A DNA stretch of 64,000 bases, taken from NCBI GenBank assembly GCA_021818995.1, contig JAKASP010000001.1, positions 289,252 to 353,251 on the forward strand, given 5' to 3'. Below are positions 30,005 to 39,671 of the stretch, piece by piece. Position 1 is the stretch's first letter; each line of letters starts with the position of its first letter. The translations under genes were made by a program, and so were the position numbers. The DNA comes from Candidatus Micrarchaeota archaeon. Its GTDB lineage: Archaea > Micrarchaeota > Micrarchaeia > Micrarchaeales > CABMGC01. Under the pieces are notes generated by a model, which worked only from the letters and a program-made list of their open reading frames with translations, made no database searches and had not been told where the DNA came from.

Positions 30005-30643
30005 TCACAGAATGCCAGAAAGGTATGACTGCGTGGCAAAGGCCACCACAGAGGCAAGGATGAAGTACGGCGCTATCCCGCGCAAGACATTGGTTGCGTC
30101 CATCTCAGGATGCGAGAACGCGGAGGAGAGGGAGAGGGTGATGAGCGCGTAAAGAAGCGCCACGAAGATGAACGACTGCCCCGTTGCCTTTGCGGCCGCA
30201 TCGGCCAGGCCCACGGAACTCGTGAGTATGATGGCGCTTATGCCTGAGAACAGTGGAAAGAAGAAGGCCATTCCCATGTACGTTAGCGTGAGTGCGCTGC
30301 CGGCCTTGGCTCGGAACCTGTTCCTTGTCCGAATCTCGCTATCCAGTTTCTTTTTGAACAGGGTCATAGACTTGAGCATGTCCGCCTTTCTCTCAGCTCC
30401 AGACTCTACAAGCCTCATGAATTCCACTAGCCTATCGCTTCCTAGCTCTTCTTTGGAAGGCAGCCGCGCAGACCCGTGTAACCTGATCTCAGCTGCAAAC
30501 CTTTCAAGCTCAGGCATGCCCCTAGCAACATGCTCGAATGCCTTTGTTGCAGATCCAATGCGCATGTACTCCGAAAGAACGGCTGACACTAACCCAACCA
30601 CCTTCTCGTCACTGTAGAAACCTTTTTTCCCCAGTTTAAGCAA
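30005..30643 (-). CDS. TadC/T2SS-F-like pilus platform membrane protein
   Basis: Helical cytoplasmic domain then about 3 TM helices; lies in the ATPase operon. Confidence 0.65.
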   Translation of the reverse strand: MLKLGKKGFYSDEKVVGLVSAVLSEYMRIGSATKAFEHVARGMPELERFAAEIRLHGSARLPSKEELGSDRLVEFMRLVESGAERKADMLKSMTLFKKKLDSEIRTRNRFRAKAGSALTLTYMGMAFFFPLFSGISAIILTSSVGLADAAAKATGQSFIFVALLYALITLSLSSAFSHPEMDATNVLRGIAPYFILASVVAFATQSYLSGIL

Positions 30644-31304
30644 AAAATCTCCTCCACATCAACAGGTTGCCTATAGAGTAGAATATAGGCACTACGAGCA
30701 CGAGCAGCGATGAGAACACGAGAAGGCTGAAGGAGGCCCTGGAGAGTATGCTGCTGCCTATGAAAGCGAAGACCATGAACGAGGGCAGAATCGTCGATAT
30801 GAACATGTTGAAGGTCGCGTATCTCTGAGCGGACTCCTCCATGTCAGTATGCTGTTCCTCCGCAGCCCGGGCGTTTCGTGCCGTCTCCTCGACCGCCCAT
30901 CGCGCATCCTTGATTCTCATTCCTTCGCCCGAGCCAAAACCGAAGTCTGAGGCAGAGATGAGGTATCTTCTGAGCGAAAGCCTGACCTTGCGTTTGAGTT
31001 TTGCGTCGTTTATCTCCTCAACTGACTGGTCAAGCGCTTTCATGTACGGAACTCCTGAGGCTGTGCGGTAAAGCGCCCTGCTGAGGAAACTGTCGAACCC
31101 TTCACGCTCCCTCATCCTCCCATAGATGCGCCTGTTGGCTGCGAGCAGAGCGCGAGCACCAAACACTGTGACGTTCGAGACGAAGATCAGTGCCAAAAGC
31201 AGAGTGATTCCGTAGTCGCTGTTAACGAGATAGATGAAGAACGCCAGCGCCACTGCCAGCAACTCGCAGATCGCGACGCCAATATATTCTCCTTTCAGCA
31301 GCAT
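30636..31304 (-). CDS. TadB/T2SS-F-like pilus platform membrane protein
   Basis: 2 TM, SGVPYMKAL, 2 TM; overlaps both neighbours. Confidence 0.65.
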   Translation of the reverse strand: MLLKGEYIGVAICELLAVALAFFIYLVNSDYGITLLLALIFVSNVTVFGARALLAANRRIYGRMREREGFDSFLSRALYRTASGVPYMKALDQSVEEINDAKLKRKVRLSLRRYLISASDFGFGSGEGMRIKDARWAVEETARNARAAEEQHTDMEESAQRYATFNMFISTILPSFMVFAFIGSSILSRASFSLLVFSSLLVLVVPIFYSIGNLLMWRRFFA

Positions 31305-32851
31305 GCATATCCCTGCAGCTTTTCCAGCATCTCCTTCGGGCCGCTGCAGCCTTCGAACACCACCTTCATGAACTCAGAACGCTTTTCCAGTTCCTTAAGC
31401 ACGAGCCTTTTCGAAAGGCCGCTCTTCTCTGAGAACGCCTCGACGACCTTCGAGCCCTGAAGGCTGCCGGCTTCGAGCCTTCCGTTGCTGACGATGGTAG
31501 ACATGTCAACAGAGTCACTCTCTTCTATGACCGTCCCCAGTTTGTCGGTCTCGGCCCTGCTGAGCCACCTGTACTCGTAGATGTCGCTCAGGACCCGCTT
31601 CGAGAGGCCAAGGTGCTTCATGTATATGGCGATGTCAAGGCAGTTCAGCGAACGCGTTTCGACGCGCATAGGATCGACCATCAGCTTCTTCACTATCTCC
31701 ATGCCGCCTTCGTTGCTGTGCATCGTTGTCATGAAAGGCACTCCGAGGTTGGCCCCGGAGAAGAGCTCGCGTGTCTCCTCGCCGCGCACCTCACCCACTA
31801 CTATCCTGTCGGGCCTGAGCCTGAGCGCGTTGATCACCTGGTCCTTGGTGCCCACCTTCCGCCCGCTGCCAGAGCCATAAAGCGCGACGCTGTTGTTTAT
31901 GTCAAGCTTGATCTTCAGCTCGTTTATCTCCTCTTCTATTGTTAGCACCTTCTCAACTTTCGGTATGAATCCGAAGAGCGCGCTCATCAGCGTGGTCTTC
32001 CCGCTGGCAGGCGGTCCGGCTATCATTATGTTGAGCCCAGAGTCCATGGCGAGCCAGAGGTATGCCAGGACGTCGAAGTCGGTCGTGTTTTTCCTGATCA
32101 GATAGTCGAAACCCACAAGCCTGTTATCCGCAAGCCTAACCGATGCCACGGCACCGCTCTGCGCATAGGGCCTTATCTGCGCGTGTATTCGGGCGTCGCC
32201 CACCTGCGCATCCACTATAGGTGAGTTCTCGCCAAGCTCCTTATCTGTATTGTAGATCAGCTTGTTTATGTTGTGCCTGAAAGCCGCCTCGCCAATGAAC
32301 CTGAGGTTCGTTGCGCATCTGCCATAATCCGCATGGAAGATGCTTATTGGAGCAGAAGGCGCGTTGACCTCTATCTCTTCTATCCTCTTCCTGTCCTCCA
32401 TGAGTATGCTCAGCGGTCCATAGCCCACTGTGTCGTGCGCGATAAGGTAGGAAACGAGATTTGTCCTTCCTCTGTCCATCTGCGCAGACAGGCTCCTCGA
32501 CGCGATCTCCCTCGCGGTGTCGAACGAGCCGATATCCAACGCAGTATTTGCCGCAGCCAGCTCCTCCACAACCACGCATTTGGCCCTTTCTGCGCAGCCC
32601 TTTTCGAAACCGCTGAGTTTGGAAAGTCCGTTTCCAACCAGGTAGCGGTAGCCGACGCCATCTTTGGCTATCGCCTTGGGCACCAGCCCGTCAACGCTTT
32701 CGGTTACGCTCCATCCGTCTCCAATGTCGACCTCGAAGCTTAGTTTCAAGCCTCCAGATTCGTTCCCCTTCGGGTACCTCTGGAGATATTTATTTACTAA
32801 AATATCTAATCTTTTACTTAAGTAAAACATATTGTAGTATCTGATGCTCAA
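31295..32851 (-). CDS. Type IV pilus/T2SS secretion ATPase (TadA/CpaF/VirB11 family)
   Basis: GYGPL, Walker A GPPASGKTT, LTIEE, RLRPDRIVVGEVRG, TTMHS; real start probably downstream, near 32750. Confidence 0.92.
   Translation of the reverse strand: MSIRYYNMFYLSKRLDILVNKYLQRYPKGNESGGLKLSFEVDIGDGWSVTESVDGLVPKAIAKDGVGYRYLVGNGLSKLSGFEKGCAERAKCVVVEELAAANTALDIGSFDTAREIASRSLSAQMDRGRTNLVSYLIAHDTVGYGPLSILMEDRKRIEEIEVNAPSAPISIFHADYGRCATNLRFIGEAAFRHNINKLIYNTDKELGENSPIVDAQVGDARIHAQIRPYAQSGAVASVRLADNRLVGFDYLIRKNTTDFDVLAYLWLAMDSGLNIMIAGPPASGKTTLMSALFGFIPKVEKVLTIEEEINELKIKLDINNSVALYGSGSGRKVGTKDQVINALRLRPDRIVVGEVRGEETRELFSGANLGVPFMTTMHSNEGGMEIVKKLMVDPMRVETRSLNCLDIAIYMKHLGLSKRVLSDIYEYRWLSRAETDKLGTVIEESDSVDMSTIVSNGRLEAGSLQGSKVVEAFSEKSGLSKRLVLKELEKRSEFMKVVFEGCSGPKEMLEKLQGYACC
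32784..32827. promoter_or_regulatory. Two inverted repeats in an AT-rich divergent promoter region, candidate operators
   Basis: AGATATTT-N8-AAATATCT (32784-32807) and perfect palindrome TTTTACTTAAGTAAAA (32812-32827). Confidence 0.55.
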
Positions 32852-32956
32852 GATTCTTATACTTTTCCGTGCGCTCGCGTTTTACTATGCTTCACGTGCG
32901 TGGCTCGAGGGTAAGACTAATTACATTTATATAATTTGGTATCGAATTCATCACAT

Positions 32957-33295
32957 ATGGTCAGGAGAGAAAGGGGCGAGGACAAGATTTGGATGCTGAG
33001 AAAGGTCCTCAGCAAGCCGAACTTTGCCGTGCTCAAACTGCTGATGGAGAAGTCACCTAGGACAACGAGGGAGCTCTACCAGATTCTTGGCAGCAAATTC
33101 ACTAGAAAGACGCTTATCATAACGCTGAGGAACCTTTCCATGAACCTCAACGTCTTGCAGCCGACGCACATACGCACAGAGCGCGGCTACGATCTGGGCT
33201 ATGGCATAAACCCAAGACTTAAGGACGTGGTCAAGCTCGTTGAGAAGTGCGAGAACATCGTCGAAAACGTTTCGGCGAACCCGAAGAACAGCTAG
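32957..33295 (+). CDS. Winged-helix (ArsR/HxlR-like) transcription regulator
   Basis: KVLSKPNFAVLKLL...PRTTRELY...TRKTLIITLRNL plus a wing hairpin. Confidence 0.7.
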   Translation: MVRRERGEDKIWMLRKVLSKPNFAVLKLLMEKSPRTTRELYQILGSKFTRKTLIITLRNLSMNLNVLQPTHIRTERGYDLGYGINPRLKDVVKLVEKCENIVENVSANPKNS

Positions 33296-33309
33296 CAAGT
33301 GCAGATTTG

Positions 33310-33501
33310 ATGGGCGGCAAGAAGAGATACAAGGTAACGATAAAGAACGAGAGCTTCAGCTACACCGTGGTCGTTGAGGCGAACGAGAAGGCGACGATGG
33401 CCCAGTTCAGGGACCTGGCGATAAAGAAGGTAAAGGAGCAGTACGGCGCAGACATACCCAACGACGTGGTTGTCGATCTCGAGTTCGAGATCGTCAAGTG
33501 A
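33310..33501 (+). CDS. Small hypothetical protein (63 aa)
   Basis: MGGKKRYKVTIKNESF...; host-like codon usage; follows the wHTH gene. Confidence 0.7.
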   Translation: MGGKKRYKVTIKNESFSYTVVVEANEKATMAQFRDLAIKKVKEQYGADIPNDVVVDLEFEIVK

Positions 33502-34242
33502 TCAGCCCCACACGTCTGCGCTGACCCGGTTCTGCGGCATTTTCAGAGCGGCCAGAGCATCCTTCACAGCCTTCACGAAGGGCAGGGGGCCGCACACGTA
33601 GGTCATCCTTTCAAGAAAGTCCGGTGCGTACTTCTGTATCATCGCAGAATCTACGTGGCCAGTCTGCCCTGTCCATCCATCTCCCGGAGCCGGCCTTGTC
33701 ACGGTAACTGTCAGTTTCAGCTTCAGCGAGTTCTGCATGTTAGCCAGCTCCTGCTTCCTGATCACCTCGCCGGGGTACTTGACGCTGTAGAGCATTATGA
33801 CATCGTTGCTGTCGTTCCGGAGCCGCATGTGCCTCAACATAGACATGAATGGGGCAAGGCCAGTGCCTCCGGCTATGAAGAGCACCTTGCTGTCCTTTGC
33901 GGGATCGAACCTGAACTGCCCGCTAGGTCCCCTGAGTATGAACTGGTCGTTCATCTCCACGTCGTTGAAGTGGCTTCTGCCTATGTGCTCTCCGTGCGTC
34001 GGGTTCTTTATGATGAAGAACTCCATGTTGATCGAGGATGGATCAGAGGCTATGGACAGCGCCCTCCCCACGTGTCTTTCGCCAGTCTGTTTGTCTATTC
34101 CGTAAAGCATCATGAACATTCCGGGATCGAAGATGTTGGGCTTGCCATCTTCAGGCTTCATGCCGATGACGAGCACCTCCTGAGTCTCGTCTATCTTCTC
34201 GCTTATCGCGTACTTCCTCTCAACAACAGGATAATCGGTCAT
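33502..34242 (-). CDS. FNR-like FAD/NAD(P)H oxidoreductase
   Basis: RALSIAS, GPSGQF, IAGGTGLAPF, YVCGP. Confidence 0.9.
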   Translation of the reverse strand: MTDYPVVERKYAISEKIDETQEVLVIGMKPEDGKPNIFDPGMFMMLYGIDKQTGERHVGRALSIASDPSSINMEFFIIKNPTHGEHIGRSHFNDVEMNDQFILRGPSGQFRFDPAKDSKVLFIAGGTGLAPFMSMLRHMRLRNDSNDVIMLYSVKYPGEVIRKQELANMQNSLKLKLTVTVTRPAPGDGWTGQTGHVDSAMIQKYAPDFLERMTYVCGPLPFVKAVKDALAALKMPQNRVSADVWG

Positions 34243-34253
34243 CTCAGATCCTT

Positions 34254-35156
34254 TTACATGCTCTTCTGCGACAGGTACATCAGGATGGCCTGCTCTATGA
34301 GCAGCTTGTTCTTCGACTGCTCCCAGACTATGCTCTTCGAGCCCTCGAGCACATCTGCGGTTATCTCCTGGCCCCTGAATGCAGGCAGCGGATGCATCAC
34401 AAGCGCGTCCTTGTCTGCGTACTTAAGCACGTTGCCGTTGACCTGATATTTGGCAAACATCTTCTTCCTCTGCTCCGCATCGCCCTCGTTGCCCATGCTC
34501 ACGAACGTGTCCGTGTATATTATGTCAGCCTTGGCGAGCCCCTCCTCCATTGTGTCGAATATGTCCACGACCCCATACTCCCTCGCTCGCGTGAGATACT
34601 GCGGGTTCGGTGGGAAGTTCTTCGGTGCTACGAGCGCCATCTCAGCTCCGAGCTTAACAGCGGCTATCATCAGCGAGTTGCACGTGTTCTGCGCCACGTC
34701 CCCCACAAACGCAATCCTCACGCCCCTTATCCTCCTCTTTGCGTTTGCTATTGTATACAGGTCAGCTAGCGACTGCGTTGGATGCTCTAAATCCGTGAGT
34801 GCGTTTATTACCGGAACAGTCGAGTTGTTCGCGAACTCCAAAAGGTCCTCGTGGTGGTACATTCGCGCCGCTACGAAGTCAACGTAAAGGCTCATGACGC
34901 GGGCCGTATCTGCTATCGGCTCTCCCCTCGACATCTGCGACGTCTTGGAGTCTATGTATATTGATTGGCCTCCGAGTCTGGCCATTGCGACCTCGAACGA
35001 GACCCTGGTCCTTGTCGAAGGCTTCTCGAAGAGCAGAGCAAGGGTCGAGTTGTCCTTGAGCGAGGAAGTCGTCTTGCCCATGCTTATCTCATCAGCTATG
35101 TCGAATATCTCGTTCATCTGGTCGCGCGATAAATCGTTTACGCTTAGGAAGTGCAT
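34254..35156 (-). CDS. argF: Ornithine carbamoyltransferase
   Basis: FEKPSTRTR, HPTQ, DTFVSMG (ornithine-binding SMG loop); HPLP in place of HCLP. Confidence 0.88.
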   Translation of the reverse strand: MHFLSVNDLSRDQMNEIFDIADEISMGKTTSSLKDNSTLALLFEKPSTRTRVSFEVAMARLGGQSIYIDSKTSQMSRGEPIADTARVMSLYVDFVAARMYHHEDLLEFANNSTVPVINALTDLEHPTQSLADLYTIANAKRRIRGVRIAFVGDVAQNTCNSLMIAAVKLGAEMALVAPKNFPPNPQYLTRAREYGVVDIFDTMEEGLAKADIIYTDTFVSMGNEGDAEQRKKMFAKYQVNGNVLKYADKDALVMHPLPAFRGQEITADVLEGSKSIVWEQSKNKLLIEQAILMYLSQKSM

Positions 35157-35163
35157 GCTACCA

Positions 35164-35637
35164 CTATCCAAATATGAAGCCAAGGCCCTGGTCCGACTTC
35201 TGCTTCTCCTCCTCTATCCTGTCTATTATCTGCTTCTCTATCTCGGCAGAGGCGCGTTGCAGCGAGCCTATGCTCTTCTTCAGTTTCGCCTCGCCCGCTT
35301 CAAGGAATGAATCGTCGGCGCTCAGGTATAAGTAGCTCTTCTCGCGGTCCATGCCCATCGATATCCCGTCCTTCACCTGGTAGTCCTGCCTTGCGAATAT
35401 TATGTTGAGGTCCTTGTCGTTCCTCAGCTTGCCCATCGCGTCATCTGCTTCCTTTTTCTTCTTCTCCGCCTCCTGCGCAAGCTCTGGGTGCTTCATCATG
35501 TACTCCTTGTCGTCCCACTCCTTTGGCATCTTTGGTATGAGGTTGGGGTCAAGGTAGGGGTCGTATTCGAGTATCTTTTTCAGTGCGGGCACGTCGGATG
35601 AGTTCAGCACGTAAACTCTCGCAGGTATCTCATTCAC
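35164..35637 (-). CDS. Hypothetical protein
   Basis: 157 aa; overlaps the rps8e stop codon; host-like codon usage. Confidence 0.8.
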   Translation of the reverse strand: MNEIPARVYVLNSSDVPALKKILEYDPYLDPNLIPKMPKEWDDKEYMMKHPELAQEAEKKKKEADDAMGKLRNDKDLNIIFARQDYQVKDGISMGMDREKSYLYLSADDSFLEAGEAKLKKSIGSLQRASAEIEKQIIDRIEEEKQKSDQGLGFIFG

Positions 35638-36032
35638 CCTTCGACAAGCATCGCGTTTATCCCGCCCTCCTGACCTGGCCTGTTTGTGACCCTGGCCTTC
35701 CCGAGTTCGGTGTTTATTATCGCGCCCTTTGTTATTATACCGAGCCTTGCGAAGTTCCTGTTGTCCTTGGACTCCATCACCCCGGTTATCTTCGCCTTCT
35801 TGTATCCCTGCTTTGTGAGCACGTTCGCGAACGCAACGCTCTTGAGCACGTCCTTGAAGTTGCCTCCCCTGCCGCGCACTTTCTTCACCGCAGATTCGGC
35901 GGCGGCCCTTGCTGCAGCGAAGTATCTACCAGACTCGCTCCTGCGCCTGTCCCTGAGCTTGCTCTTCAGCTTGCCGCTGCCAGATGACGCCCGGTCAGAC
36001 TTGCCGTGTATTTGTGCACCGAATTGACTCAT
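35634..36032 (-). CDS. rps8e: 30S ribosomal protein S8e
   Basis: RGRGGN, IITKGAIINTELGKARVTNRPGQEG. Confidence 0.95.
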   Translation of the reverse strand: MSQFGAQIHGKSDRASSGSGKLKSKLRDRRRSESGRYFAAARAAAESAVKKVRGRGGNFKDVLKSVAFANVLTKQGYKKAKITGVMESKDNRNFARLGIITKGAIINTELGKARVTNRPGQEGGINAMLVEG

Positions 36033-36096
36033 GATACCACAATCAGCAGAATATGCGTTTATATTGATTTAGACGGAAAGGGTTTTATTGATTGTG

Positions 36097-36552
36097 ATGC
36101 CGGCATCAAAAAGCCCAATCGTCGAGTTCAAAGGCAAACCCGCACTCTACATTTGCAGCAGCGAAACTGGGCTGAGCGCGCTTATAGAAAACTCAAAAAA
36201 GATCTCAAAAGGTGCAGATCTCTTGCTTCTCTTCGATTACAGCGAGCGCGCCATGGCAAGGGCGCTGCCGGCGTACGTCAACGCGACCATAAGGTTCAGC
36301 GATGGGAGCGCAAGGTCGAAGAGCATGCAGGTTGAGATGCTCATGCTCGTATGCGGCACAATGAATATAGGCAAGGCGCTGAGGGACTGCGGCGCCAAGG
36401 ACAATGATAAGTTCCTCGTTTTCGCTTCAAGCGAGGGCTTGTTCTCCAAGTTCGCCAAGGCGAACGGAATAAAGAGAATAAGAGGTGTGACCCTCAGGCT
36501 CGACCCCGAAATAACCGGAAACGTCGCGATAACAGAGCTGCTGAACGATTAG
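36097..36552 (+). CDS. cgi121: KEOPS complex subunit Cgi121
   Basis: RSKSMQVEMLMLVCGTMNIGKALRDCGAK pattern. Confidence 0.72.
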   Translation: MPASKSPIVEFKGKPALYICSSETGLSALIENSKKISKGADLLLLFDYSERAMARALPAYVNATIRFSDGSARSKSMQVEMLMLVCGTMNIGKALRDCGAKDNDKFLVFASSEGLFSKFAKANGIKRIRGVTLRLDPEITGNVAITELLND

Positions 36553-36588
36553 CGCATAATTTAAATTACTAAGCTACCAATCAAAAAC

Positions 36589-36927
36589 ATGGCTTCGAAG
36601 GACAGCATGAGGACCGCGACAACGCTTACGCATGTGGCGGCACTTCTGCAGATAATCTTTACGATAATTGGCTTCATCGGAGTCCTAGGCCTCTCCATCG
36701 CCGCCGCAGGTCCCGGCATATTCCTAGGCACCGTGGGGTTCTTCGGAGTGCTAATAGGCGCGTTCTGGTCGTGGGTCGACTACGAAGTCATCTACGAACG
36801 CATGAAGGAGGGCAAGTTCTCAAAGATATCGGACAAGATGCTGATTGTCGGTATAATCCAGCTCTTTATCGGCGGAACAATACCCGGAGTCATCATACTC
36901 GTGGCATGGTTCGTAGCCAGAAGCTAG
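36589..36927 (+). CDS. Small membrane protein
   Basis: 3-4 hydrophobic helices. Confidence 0.75.
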   Translation: MASKDSMRTATTLTHVAALLQIIFTIIGFIGVLGLSIAAAGPGIFLGTVGFFGVLIGAFWSWVDYEVIYERMKEGKFSKISDKMLIVGIIQLFIGGTIPGVIILVAWFVARS

Positions 36928-37571
36928 TCCTGGTCCTCGCTGAACTCAGCGTTCAGTATCTCGTATATCTTCTCAGCCTTCTTCTCGCCTATCTTTTCGA
37001 CCTGCATCAGCGCGTCCGGCTCTGCCGATACGACATTCTTTATGGTCTTGAAGCGGCTGATTAGCGACTTGGCGAGCGTAGGGCCAATTCCAGGTATCGA
37101 GCTGAGTATGAGCAGTTGCCACTGCGAATTCGTGAACGCGCGTTTTGACCCGAGCATGCGCGGCGCGCGCCTCTCTCCCTGCTCTCGCTCCGCAAGCCTT
37201 GCCAGGGTGCTGACGGTCTCTGACGCGCCCCTGGACCTTATCACCTGCACGTTGTAGTCGCTGTAAAGGCTGATGATTGCGCCAAGCACCACGTTTGGGT
37301 TCATGGTAAATTCCGAGTCCTCGCCTTCTAGCAGGAGCAGCGGCTTCTTGAACGTGTGGTCAAGCCGCTCTACCTGGTCGAAGAGCCTCGCGTTTATTAT
37401 CGAGTGCTCGAAATCGCTAACGGTCTTGCGTTCGACGCACATGCGGTCCGACAGTATGTAGTCACCAACAGGAAGCTGGGCGAACTTGAGCAGTATGCCG
37501 GATCCTGAAAGGCCCTCAAGTATGTCGAGGTTCCTCTCCCTCTTGTCAACGATTATCTTCACTTCCCCCAT
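36924..37571 (-). CDS. xpf: Short XPF/ERCC4 structure-specific endonuclease
   Basis: VDKRE, GDY, VERKT and two HhH motifs; no helicase domain. Confidence 0.92.
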   Translation of the reverse strand: MGEVKIIVDKRERNLDILEGLSGSGILLKFAQLPVGDYILSDRMCVERKTVSDFEHSIINARLFDQVERLDHTFKKPLLLLEGEDSEFTMNPNVVLGAIISLYSDYNVQVIRSRGASETVSTLARLAEREQGERRAPRMLGSKRAFTNSQWQLLILSSIPGIGPTLAKSLISRFKTIKNVVSAEPDALMQVEKIGEKKAEKIYEILNAEFSEDQD

Positions 37572-38180
37572 TCACAGCACTCTAGGAACTATCACATATC
37601 TAACTTCTTTTTTATAAAGCTCCCACTCCCTACCAAACTCGGCCTTCATGAGACGCTCTTCCGTACTCACCCTGTAAGCCACGAAGAGAGCGCCGAATGC
37701 CACTGCGAGCGCGGCGCTTGCGGTGCCGAGATAGATCGCGCATCCCGCCACAATCAGAAAGATACCAAAGTATATTGGATGTCTAACCAAGGCGTACGGG
37801 CCTGTCTTGGTCAGTGTGTGACCTTTCTTGATCGTTACGTCACCGCTCCAGTTGCCTCCGAGATGTCTCCGCGCCCATATCGCAAAACCTACCCCGATAA
37901 ATGCCACCGCCACTCCAAGTGCCTGCAGCGGAGAGTAGTTGGTAGCAACGCCGGTGCCCCAAACCCTGATTAAGGGATCAACTTCAAGCACTATTGCAGC
38001 TCCAAGCAATAACGTCTGGGCGACTGCGGCCTGCGGCGGCTGCCCAGATCTTTCCCTTTTCTTGAACCTTCCAGTCGCGACTTCGTAGATTATCGAGGCG
38101 CCCCAGTATCCGTAGAAGACTATCCAAGCAAGCCACACGGGCGCGAATAGCGGCAACGCTGCTAAAAACTGAGAAACCAC
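37572..38180 (-). CDS. Isoprenylcysteine carboxyl methyltransferase (ICMT/Ste14) family membrane protein
   Basis: LGGNWS, H.L.KTGPYALVRHPIY, EERLM..FG; GTG start inferred. Confidence 0.85.
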   Translation of the reverse strand: MVSQFLAALPLFAPVWLAWIVFYGYWGASIIYEVATGRFKKRERSGQPPQAAVAQTLLLGAAIVLEVDPLIRVWGTGVATNYSPLQALGVAVAFIGVGFAIWARRHLGGNWSGDVTIKKGHTLTKTGPYALVRHPIYFGIFLIVAGCAIYLGTASAALAVAFGALFVAYRVSTEERLMKAEFGREWELYKKEVRYVIVPRVL

Positions 38181-38229
38181 ACCAGCGCCTGCAATATCTT
38201 GATATAGCTTGATTAGGAATAAATAACGT

Positions 38230-38988
38230 ATGGCACGACGCAGGAGCAGGGAGAAGGAACCCAGCAGGGAGGACTTCATGCTGAAGGAGCAGCTGAAGAT
38301 AGAGGAGGGAGTATTCGACAGCAGGACGATGCTCAGGATAGGCAAACTCTTCAGCAAGGGCGTGCTCTCGAGCATGGAGTTCATAATCGCGAGGGGCAAG
38401 GAGGCTGACGTCTACCTTGCCGACGCCGGCGAGAAGGTAGGCAAGGACTTCATAGCATTGAAGATCTTCAGGCTGGAGAATGCCAGGTTCCAGAACAGGG
38501 TCAAGTACATAGAGGGAGACCCGCGGTTCGGAAGGGTCAAGGGAAGCATCTTCGCGATTGTCAGCACGTGGTGCAAGAAGGAGTACGGGAACCTGCTTGT
38601 GGCCGAGGCTGCGGGCGTGCACGCACCCAGGCCATACGCCTTCAGCGGGAACGTGCTCGCGCTGGAGTTCATTGGCAAAGACGGCAAGCCCTCGCAGACG
38701 CTGAGGGAGCAGACTGTCAAGAAACCTGAGAAGATACTCGACCAGATTCTCGAAGACACAAGGAAGCTTTACCAGAACGAGCTGGTGCACGCGGACCTGA
38801 GCGAGTACAACATACTGATGCTCGGCGATGTGCCCTACATGATAGACTTCGGGCAGGCGGTGCACATAAAGCATCCTGACGCAATGAGGTTTCTCGAAAG
38901 GGACATAGCGAACATACTGCACTACTTCGACAAGGCGTACGGAATAGAGAAAGATGCCGCCGAAGTGCTCGGCAAGATCGTCAGCTAA
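38230..38988 (+). CDS. rio1: RIO1 serine/threonine kinase
   Basis: GKEADVY, KEYGNL, LVHADLSEYNIL, IDFGQ. Confidence 0.95.
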   Translation: MARRRSREKEPSREDFMLKEQLKIEEGVFDSRTMLRIGKLFSKGVLSSMEFIIARGKEADVYLADAGEKVGKDFIALKIFRLENARFQNRVKYIEGDPRFGRVKGSIFAIVSTWCKKEYGNLLVAEAAGVHAPRPYAFSGNVLALEFIGKDGKPSQTLREQTVKKPEKILDQILEDTRKLYQNELVHADLSEYNILMLGDVPYMIDFGQAVHIKHPDAMRFLERDIANILHYFDKAYGIEKDAAEVLGKIVS

Positions 38989-39598
38989 GCCGCATTCCAG
39001 ATTCCAAGACTGCTATTCTGCGCTCCAGCTCGCTCACGTTATCCTGCTGCTTGAGTTCGTACATCCCCTTGGCAGTCTCGGTGAAGAAACTATGTCCCTT
39101 GATGAACGCTAGCGAACTCTTTAGCCATTTAAGCGTATCACCGATTCCGAACTCAGTCTTCAGCAGATCCCCCTGCCTGAAAAAGTCCTCTCTTCCGAGG
39201 TTCGCGACATCAGCATCTGCGAGTATCTTCTCAAAAACGCTCCTGGGCTCCTGTGGTAGCGTTGTGCCGTATATGATCATGTCTCTTACTAGCTTTATTT
39301 CGTGCTGAGCGTAGCCCGCCCTCAGCATTGCAGATTCTGCAAACTTCGCGCCCTCAGGTTCGTTCTTTTCAGCCCTAACCTTGTGCCCCGTGTCGTGGAA
39401 TATGCCAGCCAAAGAAACCAGCAGCAGGTTCTTGCCCTGGACTCCTTCACCCTTGGCCAACGTCACCGCTGTAAGCTCGACGTCAAGGGCGTGGGCCTTG
39501 TTGTGGTACGGTAGGTCTATGGTGTCTAGTATGCTTATCGCTTCTACTCTGGCCGCCCTGTACTTGGCGTCCCTCTCGAACACCAAATTTTTCTCCAT
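38981..39598 (-). CDS. HD-domain phosphohydrolase
   Basis: PYHNKAH, FHDTGH, ILADAD. Confidence 0.85.
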   Translation of the reverse strand: MEKNLVFERDAKYRAARVEAISILDTIDLPYHNKAHALDVELTAVTLAKGEGVQGKNLLLVSLAGIFHDTGHKVRAEKNEPEGAKFAESAMLRAGYAQHEIKLVRDMIIYGTTLPQEPRSVFEKILADADVANLGREDFFRQGDLLKTEFGIGDTLKWLKSSLAFIKGHSFFTETAKGMYELKQQDNVSELERRIAVLESGMRLS

Positions 39599-39671
39599 GT
39601 TTCCAACAATCTTGCCGCGGCTGCCCTTTTATTGATTGTGTGCTGTTTCGTATTCGCCGAAGGAAGCCGTG

